Origin: Nitrospirota bacterium
Lineage (GTDB): Bacteria > Nitrospirota > UBA9217
Reading direction: 5' to 3'
Assembly (NCBI GenBank): GCA_963790205.1
Contig: CAWBNQ010000003.1
Location: forward strand, 384,001-448,000
Length of the DNA stretch: 64,000 nucleotides
A model generated the notes under the pieces. That model saw only the letters and a list, made by a program, of their open reading frames with translations, was not told the DNA's origin and did not search any database. A program made the translations under genes and the position numbers. This document shows, piece by piece, positions 42,642 through 52,739 of the stretch (positions are counted from its first letter, which is position 1; every line of letters starts with the position of its first letter).

Positions 42642-43147
42642 GACATGTGGAATAGACTGCCATGCAGCAGGCTGCGTCAAAAGCATAGGATCGCGGAACT
42701 GAAAAGCCGGGGCATCGATAAACAAGGCGGTGAGAAATCACCGCCTTGTCCGTCTGGCAAAGATGAAACTTGCTATCGCAGTTCTCGTTTATCGTCAAGC
42801 CGTAAGTTCACTTCGGACGTTACGTCCCCAAAGTTCTTATTGTAGACTTTTGCTACGAGCTGTTTTTGATACAAGCAGATCGGTGAGCGTGGTGCCGATG
42901 ACCCGCTATCGATTCTTGCCCCGAAGACAAAGCTCATCACGTATCAACTCCTGGAATCTCAACCGGCCCGGCATCCTGACCCTGGAGATTTGATTTCTGT
43001 TTTCCTTTAAGAAAAGTGGTAACATAACATAGGATTGACATCCACCCCTTGTGAGCTGTTGAGAGGCGGAACGGAAAGTCGTCACGCGTAGGAAGCGGAA
43101 ATTTATCGCCGGTGGATGCCGCCCCAGGAGGAAAGCAGGTGGTTCCG

Positions 43148-43810
43148 ATGAAAAAGGTCATAGTTACCGACCGTTTCAAACAACATCTTGACCCGGAGTT
43201 CTTTTCGGAGTTCACAGACATTGAAATGATCACGGCATATTCGAACGAACAGGCGTTGGAGCTCCACCGCAGCCGAAAAGCGGATCTCCTTATAACGACG
43301 CTCTATGGATCAGGCATGAATACCGTTCAGCTCTGTTCCACGCTGCGGGAGGACGAGAGTGCGCGCGGGGTGTCGATCATCGTGTGCTGCCGGGACAATG
43401 AGGTGGAGCGCGCGGAAAGCGCACAATGCAAGGCAAACGCTGTTTTGACGATACCGGTCAACGGAACGCTGCTGCGGGAGACGATGCTGCGGCTCCTGCG
43501 CGTACCGCCGCGCCATACCGTTCGCAGCACGTTCAGCGCGCGACGCAACAGCCCTGCGGATGCCGCCATCGACTGCCTCATGGAAAATATCAGTGTGACC
43601 GGCATGCTCTTCGAAGCAAGCACGAACCTGCAAAAAGGAGAGAAACTGTTTTGCACGCTCACGCTGCCTTCCGCGCCTCCCTTTGTGACGCAGGCAGAAG
43701 TGGTAAGGACATCCCGGGAACAATCACCATCCAAGACCATGCGATACGGCGCCAGGTTTACCCGTCTTGATCCCGTAGCCCGAAGGGCGATCGAACGTGT
43801 CCTCAGCTAG
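43148..43810 (+). CDS. Degenerate receiver domain plus PilZ domain protein
   Basis: RxxxR (RHTVR) and NISVTG PilZ motifs; AEVVR, YGARF. Confidence 0.8.
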   Translation: MKKVIVTDRFKQHLDPEFFSEFTDIEMITAYSNEQALELHRSRKADLLITTLYGSGMNTVQLCSTLREDESARGVSIIVCCRDNEVERAESAQCKANAVLTIPVNGTLLRETMLRLLRVPPRHTVRSTFSARRNSPADAAIDCLMENISVTGMLFEASTNLQKGEKLFCTLTLPSAPPFVTQAEVVRTSREQSPSKTMRYGARFTRLDPVARRAIERVLS

Positions 43811-43902
43811 GACGGAAAGGTTGTCGTATTTTTTGAGGCTATCGTCCTTGAGCGGGAACAAAACTGTTTTCACGCTGTGGCGGATATGCTACTTTAGTCG
43901 AA

Positions 43903-43930
43903 TTGACATTATTTCAGGCCGTGATAGGAT
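43903..43930 (+). promoter_or_regulatory. Sigma70 promoter pointing into an ORF-free structured region
   Basis: TTGACA-16-TAGGAT with an extended -10 TG. Confidence 0.6.
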
Positions 43931-43941
43931 AAGTCAGTATT

Positions 43942-44210
43942 GAGAGCGGAAATTTGCGGATTTTAAAATTGTGCTATACCTATACTGTGAAGCAAGTTCC
44001 TGAATAGATCTATTTTAGATTTGCCTTGGGTTTTGAGGGGAGAGGTACCGTAGTACACAGAATGCCTTTATGCATCATGCGGTGTGCAAGCCCTCAAGGC
44101 AACAGAGAGGGTAGCCTGAAGCATCTGCTAAGGCAATCAATCTGTCACCAGCCTCGCAAATACTCAAAACTCAAGGCAAGTATTTTCTCTCCTTCATAGC
44201 TGCCGCTCTT
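43942..44210 (+). ncRNA. Candidate rod-like structured ncRNA (6S-like architecture, family unassigned)
   Basis: Nested stems, including 17 bp at 44021-44037/44163-44179; mismatches in the outer stems are G-U pairs on the + strand. Confidence 0.5.
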
Positions 44211-44726
44211 TTAAACCAACGACAACAGGCCGCTAAAATCATTATCAATTCCCATCATATCCAAATAAAGAGAGATCATGCCCCGATGATGGGTTTGGTG
44301 ATTAAAGATGTGCAGAATGGAGCCGCCGACATTCTTGCTGATCGTTTCTCCCTTCATGCTTGTAAACGATATTGATTTCTCCAACTCGCCTTTCCCAAGC
44401 TCATCAATGAACAGGACCATCTTTTTGTCCAGTGTTTCCCTCTTCGAAAGGTAGTCGGCCATATCGACAAACAGCTGGGAACCATAGGTCAGGGTCTGAT
44501 CGAAAAAGGGGTCCTTGATGAATCGAAAATCCCTGAATTTATCGAACCGTTTCATCCAGCTGTAATCGCTGATATAAACATGGCTGCACAATTGCTTTAT
44601 CGTCTTGAAGTATCCGGTAAACTCCTGGTCCCACTGCGCGCTGCTTAACGTGCGAATGATGCTGTCCATTTTTTGATTTGCAACTTGATTATACTGCGCC
44701 AACAGCCTGCATGTCTTGATGTCCAT
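44211..44726 (-). CDS. DinB family protein
   Basis: YN..AN, H, HIFNHQTHHRG. Confidence 0.88.
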   Translation of the reverse strand: MDIKTCRLLAQYNQVANQKMDSIIRTLSSAQWDQEFTGYFKTIKQLCSHVYISDYSWMKRFDKFRDFRFIKDPFFDQTLTYGSQLFVDMADYLSKRETLDKKMVLFIDELGKGELEKSISFTSMKGETISKNVGGSILHIFNHQTHHRGMISLYLDMMGIDNDFSGLLSLV

Positions 44727-44895
44727 ACGACCTCCTGTATGATAAAACTATATCGCGCGGGGAATTCAAAGTCAAACGCATTGACTGGAGGTTTCGAGAG
44801 GGGATGATACCGGATGCTAAATTCGGTTTTGTCTTCGCTGAAAACCCTGCCCGCCATTATCAGAATGCATCATGTCAGGGTCAGCACACGAACGT

Positions 44896-45411
44896 TCATA
44901 CTTTCTCAGTCCCGCTTGCAACTGCGAACGGCTGCCGCGCCATCGTCACGACCGGCCGAGAGATTTTCCGCACCAGCCGCTTCATGTCCCTCGAACTGAT
45001 GTCACCTGCCGTGGCAATTGCAGGGCTTAATACTACCTTATCGATGCCCCAGTGTTCTTTTAAAAAAGTCCGTATGCCGGATATGGCGTCAAGTGGCGAT
45101 GTACGGACGGCCACGTGGACTCCCTCATGGAGGCATTTTTTTAAGAAGGCGTTAAGTTCTTCATCAGGAACCTCATCCAGGCATCGAGGACTCTCCGACA
45201 CAATCTGCTTCGCGGTATTGTGTTCGCCGGCCTCGGCAAAAGCCACGGCAGTCATCAGATTTTCAAATTTGCTGTTGAGATTAGCTCGCTTCTGAACAAG
45301 CAAAATCATGATGTCCTCATCCATCGCTTTTGCCAGTTCTATGGCGTACGAAACGCCTTCTGTTATGTTTTCATTACGGTGCGTGACGAACAGCAACTGT
45401 CTCTTTTCCAT
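44896..45411 (-). CDS. Hypothetical protein, USP-like fold suspected
   Basis: YAIELAK...MTAVAFAEAGE...ISRPVVTM; RBS ggagg. Confidence 0.65.
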   Translation of the reverse strand: MEKRQLLFVTHRNENITEGVSYAIELAKAMDEDIMILLVQKRANLNSKFENLMTAVAFAEAGEHNTAKQIVSESPRCLDEVPDEELNAFLKKCLHEGVHVAVRTSPLDAISGIRTFLKEHWGIDKVVLSPAIATAGDISSRDMKRLVRKISRPVVTMARQPFAVASGTEKV

Positions 45412-45672
45412 TGTTAAACCCCTCCGCATACGAGCGCTGCCTCTTGGGAGTATCTGAAGCAATCGCCGGCGCTCGATACCATTATCTATTATTGGCTTTT
45501 ATTGATCTCACCAAAAAATCCTCTCTTTTGAAAGGGATTTTCAGTGCTCGCTGTGCAAACCGGCTTTTCTCTGCCCGCAGAGCGTATTTGAACGGGCGGT
45601 GTTATCGCCGGGCATCAATACGCGCGGAACAAGTATTGAAAAATGATTGTGTGAACTGAATAGTGCTGAAAA

Positions 45673-46119
45673 TTAGACAGAGGGAGGAGCATTGCCCGCG
45701 TAGAGAGGATTGAAGCCTTTATGAATCTCAAGGATATTTTCCGGGGTGACGGTTGAACGGTATGCCGTCGGAGCCAAAGGATCGGAGAAGTCGTTTTTTG
45801 GCACTGACGTATGCCTGAACAAGGATAATTTTTCTGAAGAATCATCAGGAGCGATAGCCCGTTTTTTCTTGACGAGAACGGAAGTCTTCCCATTGGTGTG
45901 CGGGGTTTCTTCAGCAGATGATCGTCTTTCCACAAAGGACGCCCAGAGCAATAGATGAACGTTTTTTATGCTTGGCGATTTTTTAACGGTCGCATATATG
46001 ATTTCAGGTACTTGTTTAGCGGAAAGCGCATAGGTAAGAGGGGATATTGAGAAGAAAAGAAAGTAAAAGGCAAGAAATAGTTTGAAAAATTGTTTTTTAT
46101 TAACAGGCACAGCCAACAT
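45673..46119 (-). CDS. Hypothetical protein with an N-terminal hydrophobic segment
   Basis: ORF plus one TM segment; ends GNAPPSV. Confidence 0.45.
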   Translation of the reverse strand: MLAVPVNKKQFFKLFLAFYFLFFSISPLTYALSAKQVPEIIYATVKKSPSIKNVHLLLWASFVERRSSAEETPHTNGKTSVLVKKKRAIAPDDSSEKLSLFRHTSVPKNDFSDPLAPTAYRSTVTPENILEIHKGFNPLYAGNAPPSV

Positions 46120-46557
46120 GGTACGTCTCTCTACTGATCCTCTCGAAGGGGATAACATCTAACCTGTGATATATAACAGATTGTTGCATAACTGTCAACA
46201 GTGATTTGATAGGTAGATACTATCGAATACCGGTTCAAAATTGAGGTGTATCAAGGGATGAAAAGATTAACCGGCTGAACCCGTCCTGAACCAATAACGC
46301 CAGGAAAGGAACCGATAAATAATTTTTATAGCAAAAGTGATAAAAATGTCTTTACAGAAAGTTGCATTTTGTTTAATATTCGCTTCGGCCGTTGAAGTCC
46401 GAAAAAAGAACTTTGGCCTTACGGTTCGATTCCGATACTGTTCGATCCGGGGTCGTTGCACTGCGTAGTGTAAGAGAACCACATATCTTTTAGAGAAGGA
46501 AGAGGCCCGCGCGGGGAGAAGTCGTTTTCCGGCCCTGCGGGCTTCGAGGAAAAACCC

Positions 46558-47991
46558 ATGGCTTTTAAGATCTGGCACAAGATTCCCCGGCTCAAGTTCC
46601 CCGACACCCATCTCAGTCCGGGTCTTGATCCGATGGTCCCGATGCTCCTCGTAGCGGCAGCGGTCGGCTTCATCGGTTCCCTTGCCGTTGAACTGTTCCG
46701 CACGGCGATGTACACGATCGTTCGCCTCTATTCGTCGCAGGAACATCTCGTCGCTGCCGCGCGCTCCTTGCCGTTATGGGCGCGCGTTGCAGTTCCGGCA
46801 ATCGCCGGCACCGCAAGCGGATTGGCCATGTGGGCGGGCCATCGCTGGATCAAGCGGCCGCGCGGACCGGAATACATGGAGGCGGTGCACGTCGCCGACG
46901 GTGTGCTGCCGCTTGGGCCGAACCTCGTCCGGACCGGTTCCTCGCTCATCGGCGTGAGCGGGGGCATTACGATCGGCCGCGAAGGAACGATGATCCAGTT
47001 TGCGTCCGTGGCCTCCTCGCTCCTCGGGCGGATCTTCCATGCCGATGAATCTCACCGCAGGCTGATCGTCGCGTGCGGCGCCGCGGCCGGCTTTGCGGGC
47101 GCGTATCATGCCCCGATCGCGGGCACCCTGTTCGTCGCGGAAATCATTCTCGGCGGACTGGCCCTCCGCGAAATAAGCGCGGTCCTGGTCTCAGCCGTGA
47201 TCGCCCAGCTTACCACGCAGGCGCTCTTTGCTTCCGGTCCGCTCTATATTGCGCACGTCGTGCCCCCGGTAGGGTTTAACGATCTCTTTGACGCGTGCCT
47301 CGTGGGCCTGGCGGCCGGCCTGTTCGGTCCCGTGTTTCTGTGGCTGCTCGAAACGTCAAACCGCCGCTACCAGGCGCTGTTCACCTTTTTGCCCCTGCGC
47401 ATGGGGTTGGCCGGGTTGGCGATCGGGCTTCTGTCTCTTGCGGGGCCCGAGGTCTGGGGCAACGGTTTCAGCGTGATGCAGTCCTTCCTGTCCACCCATT
47501 GGGCATTGAGCGCGGTAGTGGCCGTGTTCGTGCTGCGGCTGATCGCGGTCACCATTGCCAGCGCCGCGGGCATTCCCGGCGGCGTGCTCACCCCGACCCT
47601 GGTGACCGGCGCCGCCCTGGGACTGCTCATCGGTCACACGATGCTGACACCGTGGGCAGACCATTCCCAGACGCTCTGGATACTGATCGGTGCGGGCAGC
47701 CTGCTGGCGGCAACCACCCATGCGCCCGCAATGTCCGCCATCATGGTTTTCGAGACCACGCACAACTACCATGTCGTACTCGCAGCCCTGCCTGCGTGCG
47801 TTATTGCCTCCGTTGTCGGCAGCCTGCTCCGTCACCATTCAGTCTACACAGAAGCCCTGGGGTTGGGGGAAGCCGGCCCTGCCGCATCCGCCGCTGCGCG
47901 CCGGACAATATCGCCCAACTCCCCGCCGTTTCACCTGAGGTCCTCTGCGATCGCAAGCAGCGACGGCGATCAGAGAGGGAAAGCTGCTTAG
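46558..47991 (+). CDS. CLC chloride channel family (ClcB-like)
   Basis: GREGT, ACGAAAG...APIAG, GGVLTP, HAPAMS..MVFE. Confidence 0.9.
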   Translation: MAFKIWHKIPRLKFPDTHLSPGLDPMVPMLLVAAAVGFIGSLAVELFRTAMYTIVRLYSSQEHLVAAARSLPLWARVAVPAIAGTASGLAMWAGHRWIKRPRGPEYMEAVHVADGVLPLGPNLVRTGSSLIGVSGGITIGREGTMIQFASVASSLLGRIFHADESHRRLIVACGAAAGFAGAYHAPIAGTLFVAEIILGGLALREISAVLVSAVIAQLTTQALFASGPLYIAHVVPPVGFNDLFDACLVGLAAGLFGPVFLWLLETSNRRYQALFTFLPLRMGLAGLAIGLLSLAGPEVWGNGFSVMQSFLSTHWALSAVVAVFVLRLIAVTIASAAGIPGGVLTPTLVTGAALGLLIGHTMLTPWADHSQTLWILIGAGSLLAATTHAPAMSAIMVFETTHNYHVVLAALPACVIASVVGSLLRHHSVYTEALGLGEAGPAASAAARRTISPNSPPFHLRSSAIASSDGDQRGKAA

Positions 47992-48060
47992 GATCTCCCG
48001 AAACAATGCCGTCTTATTTTGAAAAGAAATTCATGCAAACGCATTAATTCATGTTACATA

Positions 48061-48140
48061 AATCTCCCCCACTCCTCTTTCCCAAAGAGGGGGATAAAGA
48101 GGATCTCCCCCTTTGAAAAAGGGGGATTAAGGGGATTTAA
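48061..48140. repeat. Palindromic REP-like element
   Basis: ctcccccactcctcttt...aaagaggggg and ccccctttgaaaaaggggg. Confidence 0.6.
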
Positions 48141-48230
48141 ATAAATAGACTCTTCAGAACGCGTATCAATATTTAATGCGTTTGCTATCGTTGCTGAGAA
48201 ACTATCGTGGGGGTTAGACCGGTAAGATTT

Positions 48231-48675
48231 TTACGCAATCGGTCCTGGGAAGGCGGTCGGGCGCTTTCGGGGTCTTCGCAGAGGATAACCGACAGGAACG
48301 AGCACAACAGGCCGAAGATAGTCCGGCATCTGGAGAATCTTCTTGACCTCTTCCTCTTTGAACGCCCCGACCCAACAGGTCCCGAGGCCAAGGTCTTGTG
48401 CCGCAAGGAGCAGGTTCTGAATACTCGCGGCCGTGTCCTGGATGCAGTAGAGGTCCGTGCCCCGCTCCTTGTAGCGCGCGGCGATGCGCAGGTCCGCGCA
48501 TGCGACGACCACCAGGGGCGCCCGCGCAATGAAGCTGACGAAGTTCTGTCTCAGTCCCGCCTGCGCCAACTTGTTCCGAAGAGCTTCATTCAAGACAAAA
48601 TAGAACTGTCTGCTTTGAAGGTTCCCGGCGCTCGGTGCCCAGCGAAGGGCCTCGGTGTTGAACAGCAGGAGCTTC
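48231..48675 (-). pseudogene. Nitroreductase, 5'-truncated
   Basis: ALRWAPSAGNLQ...LGTCWVGAF...PVGYP; no intact N-terminus. Confidence 0.72.
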
Positions 48676-48775
48676 TAGAGCTTCTAGGGTCACATCTTGT
48701 ATTTTGATATTTCAGAACCTCGAAGGAGAGTTGTCCTCTGAGGTCAAATATCGTTTGATGGCTTTAATGCCGATG

Positions 48776-49071
48776 TCAGGCAGCTTTTTTCGTTACCACT
48801 CGATAATCGTACCCCAAAGCGACCAGTATCCAGTATATTGAACAGCACGTCAAAAGTGACCTTCGCTGTGCCGACGCCGGACTCAATCTGCGCGATCCTC
48901 GCCTGGCTGAGCTTGAGTTTTTTTTGCGAGGTCGACCTGAGACAACTTTTTCCCCCTCCGGGTCTTCACGATCAATCCGATGACCCGCTGTTTCTCCCGA
49001 ATCTCGGCGACATTCGCCCCAAGTGACTTTGCCAGCTCCTCGATGGAAACTTCCTTCCACGCCATGATCAA
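48776..49071 (-). pseudogene. HTH-XRE antitoxin (HigA-like), disrupted
   Basis: LSQVDLAKK / LKLSQARIAQIESG split at an A8 run; 7-nt duplication atactggatactgg near the 3' end. Confidence 0.75.
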
Positions 49072-49298
49072 ATCTCCTTCAGTCTTTTGATGATAATGGC
49101 CAGTTCCCGCTGGGGAATGGCCCGCGTCTTTTTTCTAAATCCATGAATCAAGTAAATAGCTTCTTCTTTCTTGATATAGTAGATAGCCCGCACCTGACCC
49201 GCTTTGTCGCGAATCCGAAGTTCATGCAGCCCGGGACGAATCCCTGAGAGGTTCCTGCTCAGCGGCATTTCAAGTCTTTGCCCGCGCTCATCCAGCAC
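49068..49298 (-). pseudogene. RelE/HigB-like toxin, N-terminally truncated
   Basis: MPLSRNL...GLHELRIRDKAGQVRAIYY...LIHGFRKKT...P.RE. Confidence 0.75.
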
Positions 49299-49504
49299 TC
49301 GTTATACTTCGTCCTCCTGTGAAACCTGGACGGGAACCCCCCTTCATCGACGGTTACACGAACAGTAATTGGCTTGCAGCAAACCTGACAGTCTTCAATA
49401 TAATTATAATTCTTTTTTTTTACGGAGCAGTCGACGAGGAGCTCAATAGGCTCACCGCAATAAGGACACGTGCTGTTGACCGGTTCCATACCAAACGCCG
49501 CCAT
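49259..49504 (-). CDS. CPXCG-motif cysteine-rich protein
   Basis: CPYCGE...VDCS...YIEDCQVCCKPI. Confidence 0.8.
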   Translation of the reverse strand: MAAFGMEPVNSTCPYCGEPIELLVDCSVKKKNYNYIEDCQVCCKPITVRVTVDEGGFPSRFHRRTKYNECWMSAGKDLKCR

Positions 49505-49741
49505 ACATTACCTCAACGGCATTATACGTTAACCGCAGCGAATAAAGCAACGCAACCCAATCGCCACCCTATGCTACATCACTGCTCGTGCGGGGATCAT
49601 TGGTAATACCTTTCTCTTATTGACATTAACATATAGTTGCGGTTTCATTTAACTGTAGAGTGGTTTTTCTTGAATAACAGCCTAAAAGTATCTTCTTTAG
49701 GTGCAGCGTTGTTAGGCCCATCCACAATCAGGGGGTCGGTC

Positions 49742-50224
49742 ATGTCAACAGTCACTTCTACAGTACGCGAAAGGATCCAGGCTCAGGGCTTCTGCGGCCT
49801 GGATGACAAGACAGCCGCGCAGATCAATTATGCCTTGCGGCTGTCGCCGGCGATCTGCATGGTATGGGCAGCCGTGGGAACAGCGCTCGCTTCGCCACCG
49901 ATCCTGTGGGCACTGGTGCCCTTTGCAGCTCTGGGCGCGATCCTGCCGGGGCATCCTTTTGATGTTCTCTACAACTTTGGCCTGCGCCATCTATTCGGCA
50001 CACCAATGCTGCCCTGTTACGGAGCCCGTCGACGCTTCGCCTTTGCTCTGGCGACGATCATGCTTATTGCCGCTGCAGGGGGCTTTCAGGCAGGCGAGCC
50101 CATGGTCGGCTATATCCTCGGCTGGTCGGTCGTGGCCGCTGCCTTCGTGAACGTGAGTACGGGCTTCTGCATTCCCTCGTTCATTGTGCGCGTCTTTTTC
50201 GGCAAGGTGGTCTGCGAAGGGTAG
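49742..50224 (+). CDS. DUF4395 family membrane protein
   Basis: HPFD..YN, RRFA, GFCIPS. Confidence 0.75.
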   Translation: MSTVTSTVRERIQAQGFCGLDDKTAAQINYALRLSPAICMVWAAVGTALASPPILWALVPFAALGAILPGHPFDVLYNFGLRHLFGTPMLPCYGARRRFAFALATIMLIAAAGGFQAGEPMVGYILGWSVVAAAFVNVSTGFCIPSFIVRVFFGKVVCEG

Positions 50225-50233
50225 GAGAAGAAC

Positions 50234-50470
50234 GTGGCCGAACAAAGGAGCTTCGCCATCGGCACTTTCATTGTCACAGCTCTCATCGCCGGCTGCGCAT
50301 TGCCAACAAGCCGCCCTGCTGATGCGCCTGCCTTTCAGAGCGGCTACTCCGGTGAACGGCTTTAAGCTGTATTACGAGGTCCACGGCAGCGATACCCACG
50401 GGAAGCCGCCCTGATCCTTCTTCACGGCGGCGATCCTACCATCGAAACATTCTTCCGTAAAACGCTCCGA
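50234..50470 (+). pseudogene. Alpha/beta hydrolase lipoprotein remnant
   Basis: IAGC...SGY / PVNGFKLYYEVHG / PLILLHGG..TIETF, spread over different reading frames. Confidence 0.65.
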
Positions 50471-50564
50471 TTGGCTTCTCCCGATGATCGGGGAGTTCCT
50501 GGATCTACCCATGCGTTTTGGCCCTGCCTCCCGTTGCCACGGCATGGGAGTTCGTGTCTGTTAT

Positions 50565-51113
50565 TTATGATGTGTGATGCAGTTTCTCTGCACACTCTTT
50601 GCAAAGACCACGGCTGTATTCCGCATCCGCATGTTTCCGGATATATGATTCCACTGTTTGCCTATATTCCTGGTCATTACGGAACTTTTTACAGCTGGCA
50701 CAAACAGGGAGCATGGCACTTAATTCCTCATTCTGATTTAACGCACGGTCCAATTCTGCAAGGAGACTTTCTCGTTGCTGTAATGTTTTCCGTAATTTTA
50801 GCAGCGATGTCACAACCACATAGAAAACGAAGTACATCGCCCCATTCCAAAATTCGATGGAAATATTTGCGTATTTTTTGCCAGCCATAATAGCTGGATA
50901 CTCTATCGCGATAATCGATATCACCGAAAACATTATTCCGATTCTTTGGCCAACGAACCACGTAGCATAAGAAATCGGCAGCAAATAAAATAGTTCCATT
51001 CTTAATTCATGACCTGTCACATAACCGACATATCCGATTGCCATCGTTAATAAAAGACCGATGATTATGTGATATCTTTTCCGAAGACTACTGAACCATT
51101 CTAAAGTGTTCAT
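50565..51113 (-). CDS. Membrane protein with C-terminal Cys zinc-ribbon (CASCKK.R...SRGLCKEC)
   Basis: Four TM segments, FYLLPI..W, coiled coil, Cys motif. Confidence 0.7.
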   Translation of the reverse strand: MNTLEWFSSLRKRYHIIIGLLLTMAIGYVGYVTGHELRMELFYLLPISYATWFVGQRIGIMFSVISIIAIEYPAIMAGKKYANISIEFWNGAMYFVFYVVVTSLLKLRKTLQQRESLLAELDRALNQNEELSAMLPVCASCKKFRNDQEYRQTVESYIRKHADAEYSRGLCKECAEKLHHTS

Positions 51114-51168
51114 AGGGCCGCCTTTTATTGTTGCACCAGAAAAACAACCGGTTAAAGTAAAAAGTTCT

Positions 51169-51369
51169 TTAACTTTTTTTCTCATCCTTCTGCTCGATTG
51201 ATTTTTTCTCTTCTTTCGGCTCATCCTTTTCAGACATGGCTTTTTTGAATCCCCTGATGCTTTTCCCCAACCCTTCCCCGATCTCGGGCAATCTGCCGGG
51301 CCCAAAGATAATGAGCACGATAACGAGTATCAGCAGCAAATGCATCGGCCGAAATAGTCCTTCAAACAT
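51169..51369 (-). CDS. tatA: Twin-arginine translocase TatA/E
   Basis: [24 protein letters not shown]. Confidence 0.92.
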   Translation of the reverse strand: MFEGLFRPMHLLLILVIVLIIFGPGRLPEIGEGLGKSIRGFKKAMSEKDEPKEEKKSIEQKDEKKS

Positions 51370-51502
51370 GTTGAATCCCTCCCCTCAAGATTAATTTGAG
51401 TTCATGAACATGAACTGCTCAATATGCGGTATGTTGCCGCGTATAACCTTCCACACGACTATATGCTTGTGTCATCTGTTCCCTGCCAAATGGTCCTTCA
51501 TT

Positions 51503-52300
51503 TCATTTAATCAGTCCGGGACTATTCTTCCCCATGACGGTGACCATCCTCTTTCTGCTCATCAGCCGCGAGCTCAGGAACGTAAGAAAGCGGTACAAGG
51601 GGCCGCTGACGATCGACGGGGTTTTTCGCGCGGCGAGTGCGGCGAGCGCTTCCTTCACTACGGTTTCTGGAGGGTAGTTCTTGCCGGCCGTGCTCTTTTT
51701 GATCCTGCCTCCCGTTGCCACGGCATGGAAGTTCGTGTCTGTTATACCCGGGAGCACGGCCAGGACGTACACGCCCCGGTCCTTGTGCTCGAACCACAGC
51801 GACTCGGTGAAGTTCGTCACAAAGGCCTTGGTGCCGGCATACACGGCCCCTCCCGGATATGTCAGGAGCGACAGCGCGGACGAGATGTTAATCAACGCAT
51901 CCCCGGATACGGCCTTTTTCAGGAACGCATGGGAAAGACGGACCAGGGCGTTCATATTCACGGCCATGAGCTGCTCCAGCCGGTTCATGGGGATCTCGGT
52001 AAAGCGTCCGTAAATGCCGTAGCCAGCGTTGTTCACGAGCAGCGAATATCCTGTTTTTTCTATGTCTTCAACAACACGCTGGAGCTGTGCGGGGTCTCCC
52101 AGGTCCGCGACCAGCACGCGATGGCCGGGACCCAGCTCTTTGGTCAGGCTTTCGAGCTTTTCTTTGGACCGGGCGACACAGGTGAGGAGATACCCGCTCT
52201 TTGCCAGCTCCCGGGCAAAGACTTCCCCGATGCCGCTGCTTGCTCCGGTGACGAGCGCTGTTTTGTTCTTCCTGTTTTCGGACTCCGATTTCGTTGTCAT
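51503..52300 (-). CDS. Short-chain dehydrogenase/reductase
   Basis: TGASSGIG, NNAG, YAGTK. Confidence 0.92.
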   Translation of the reverse strand: MTTKSESENRKNKTALVTGASSGIGEVFARELAKSGYLLTCVARSKEKLESLTKELGPGHRVLVADLGDPAQLQRVVEDIEKTGYSLLVNNAGYGIYGRFTEIPMNRLEQLMAVNMNALVRLSHAFLKKAVSGDALINISSALSLLTYPGGAVYAGTKAFVTNFTESLWFEHKDRGVYVLAVLPGITDTNFHAVATGGRIKKSTAGKNYPPETVVKEALAALAARKTPSIVSGPLYRFLTFLSSRLMSRKRMVTVMGKNSPGLIK

Positions 52301-52515
52301 CGAAGTATCTCCCTGTACACACCGTATTGCACAAATTCAAGATGTTCTATGCTATGAGGTTGTAGCGTGCAGACGCAAACCGAGTGTCTTAACAACCTTG
52401 AGCACGTGGCAAATTCCGGATTGCCTTTCAAAGAGAGCGCCTTGTAAAGACTGACGCGTCCATGCCGCGCCTTTTTCAGTATTCCAGACGAATATATTCT
52501 TGATTCACGGCAATG

Positions 52516-52739
52516 TCAACGATAACGATGGAATATTTTAAGTGGAGATCTTACCCCTTGTTGCTGTTCCGAAAAATCTATCCGTTCCCGGGAAGTCTGC
52601 AAAATATCGCCGTCAAACGCCGGGTCACTCAGGATCTGTGTAACAAATGTCGGGGCTACGTTGTTGTGGTCATGGCCACACCCTGTCAGGGCCAGGATTA
52701 TGAACATCATTATTATTGCTGCTAGGAATGTCTTTTCAT
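52516..52739 (-). pseudogene. Lipoprotein remnant
   Basis: The ATG after the RBS is out of frame with FLAAIIMMFIILALTGC...TQILSDPAFDGDI; truncated. Confidence 0.45.

Larger units (their letters stand above)
39163..42818 (+). repeat. 157 bp imperfect direct repeat (39163-39319 and 42662-42818); partial third copy at 37091-37136
   Basis: caggctgcgtcaaaagcatagg...aaggcggtgagaaatcaccgcctt...ctcgtttatcgtca...cttcggac. Confidence 0.9.

Noticed and set aside
43040..43140. c-di-GMP riboswitch upstream of the PilZ gene
   Set aside because: Could not match the consensus stems or the GNRA/receptor elements by eye
46558..47991. Fluoride-specific CLC (GREGT motif)
   Set aside because: The GNNLI and GEVTP signatures are absent and I see no fluoride riboswitch upstream
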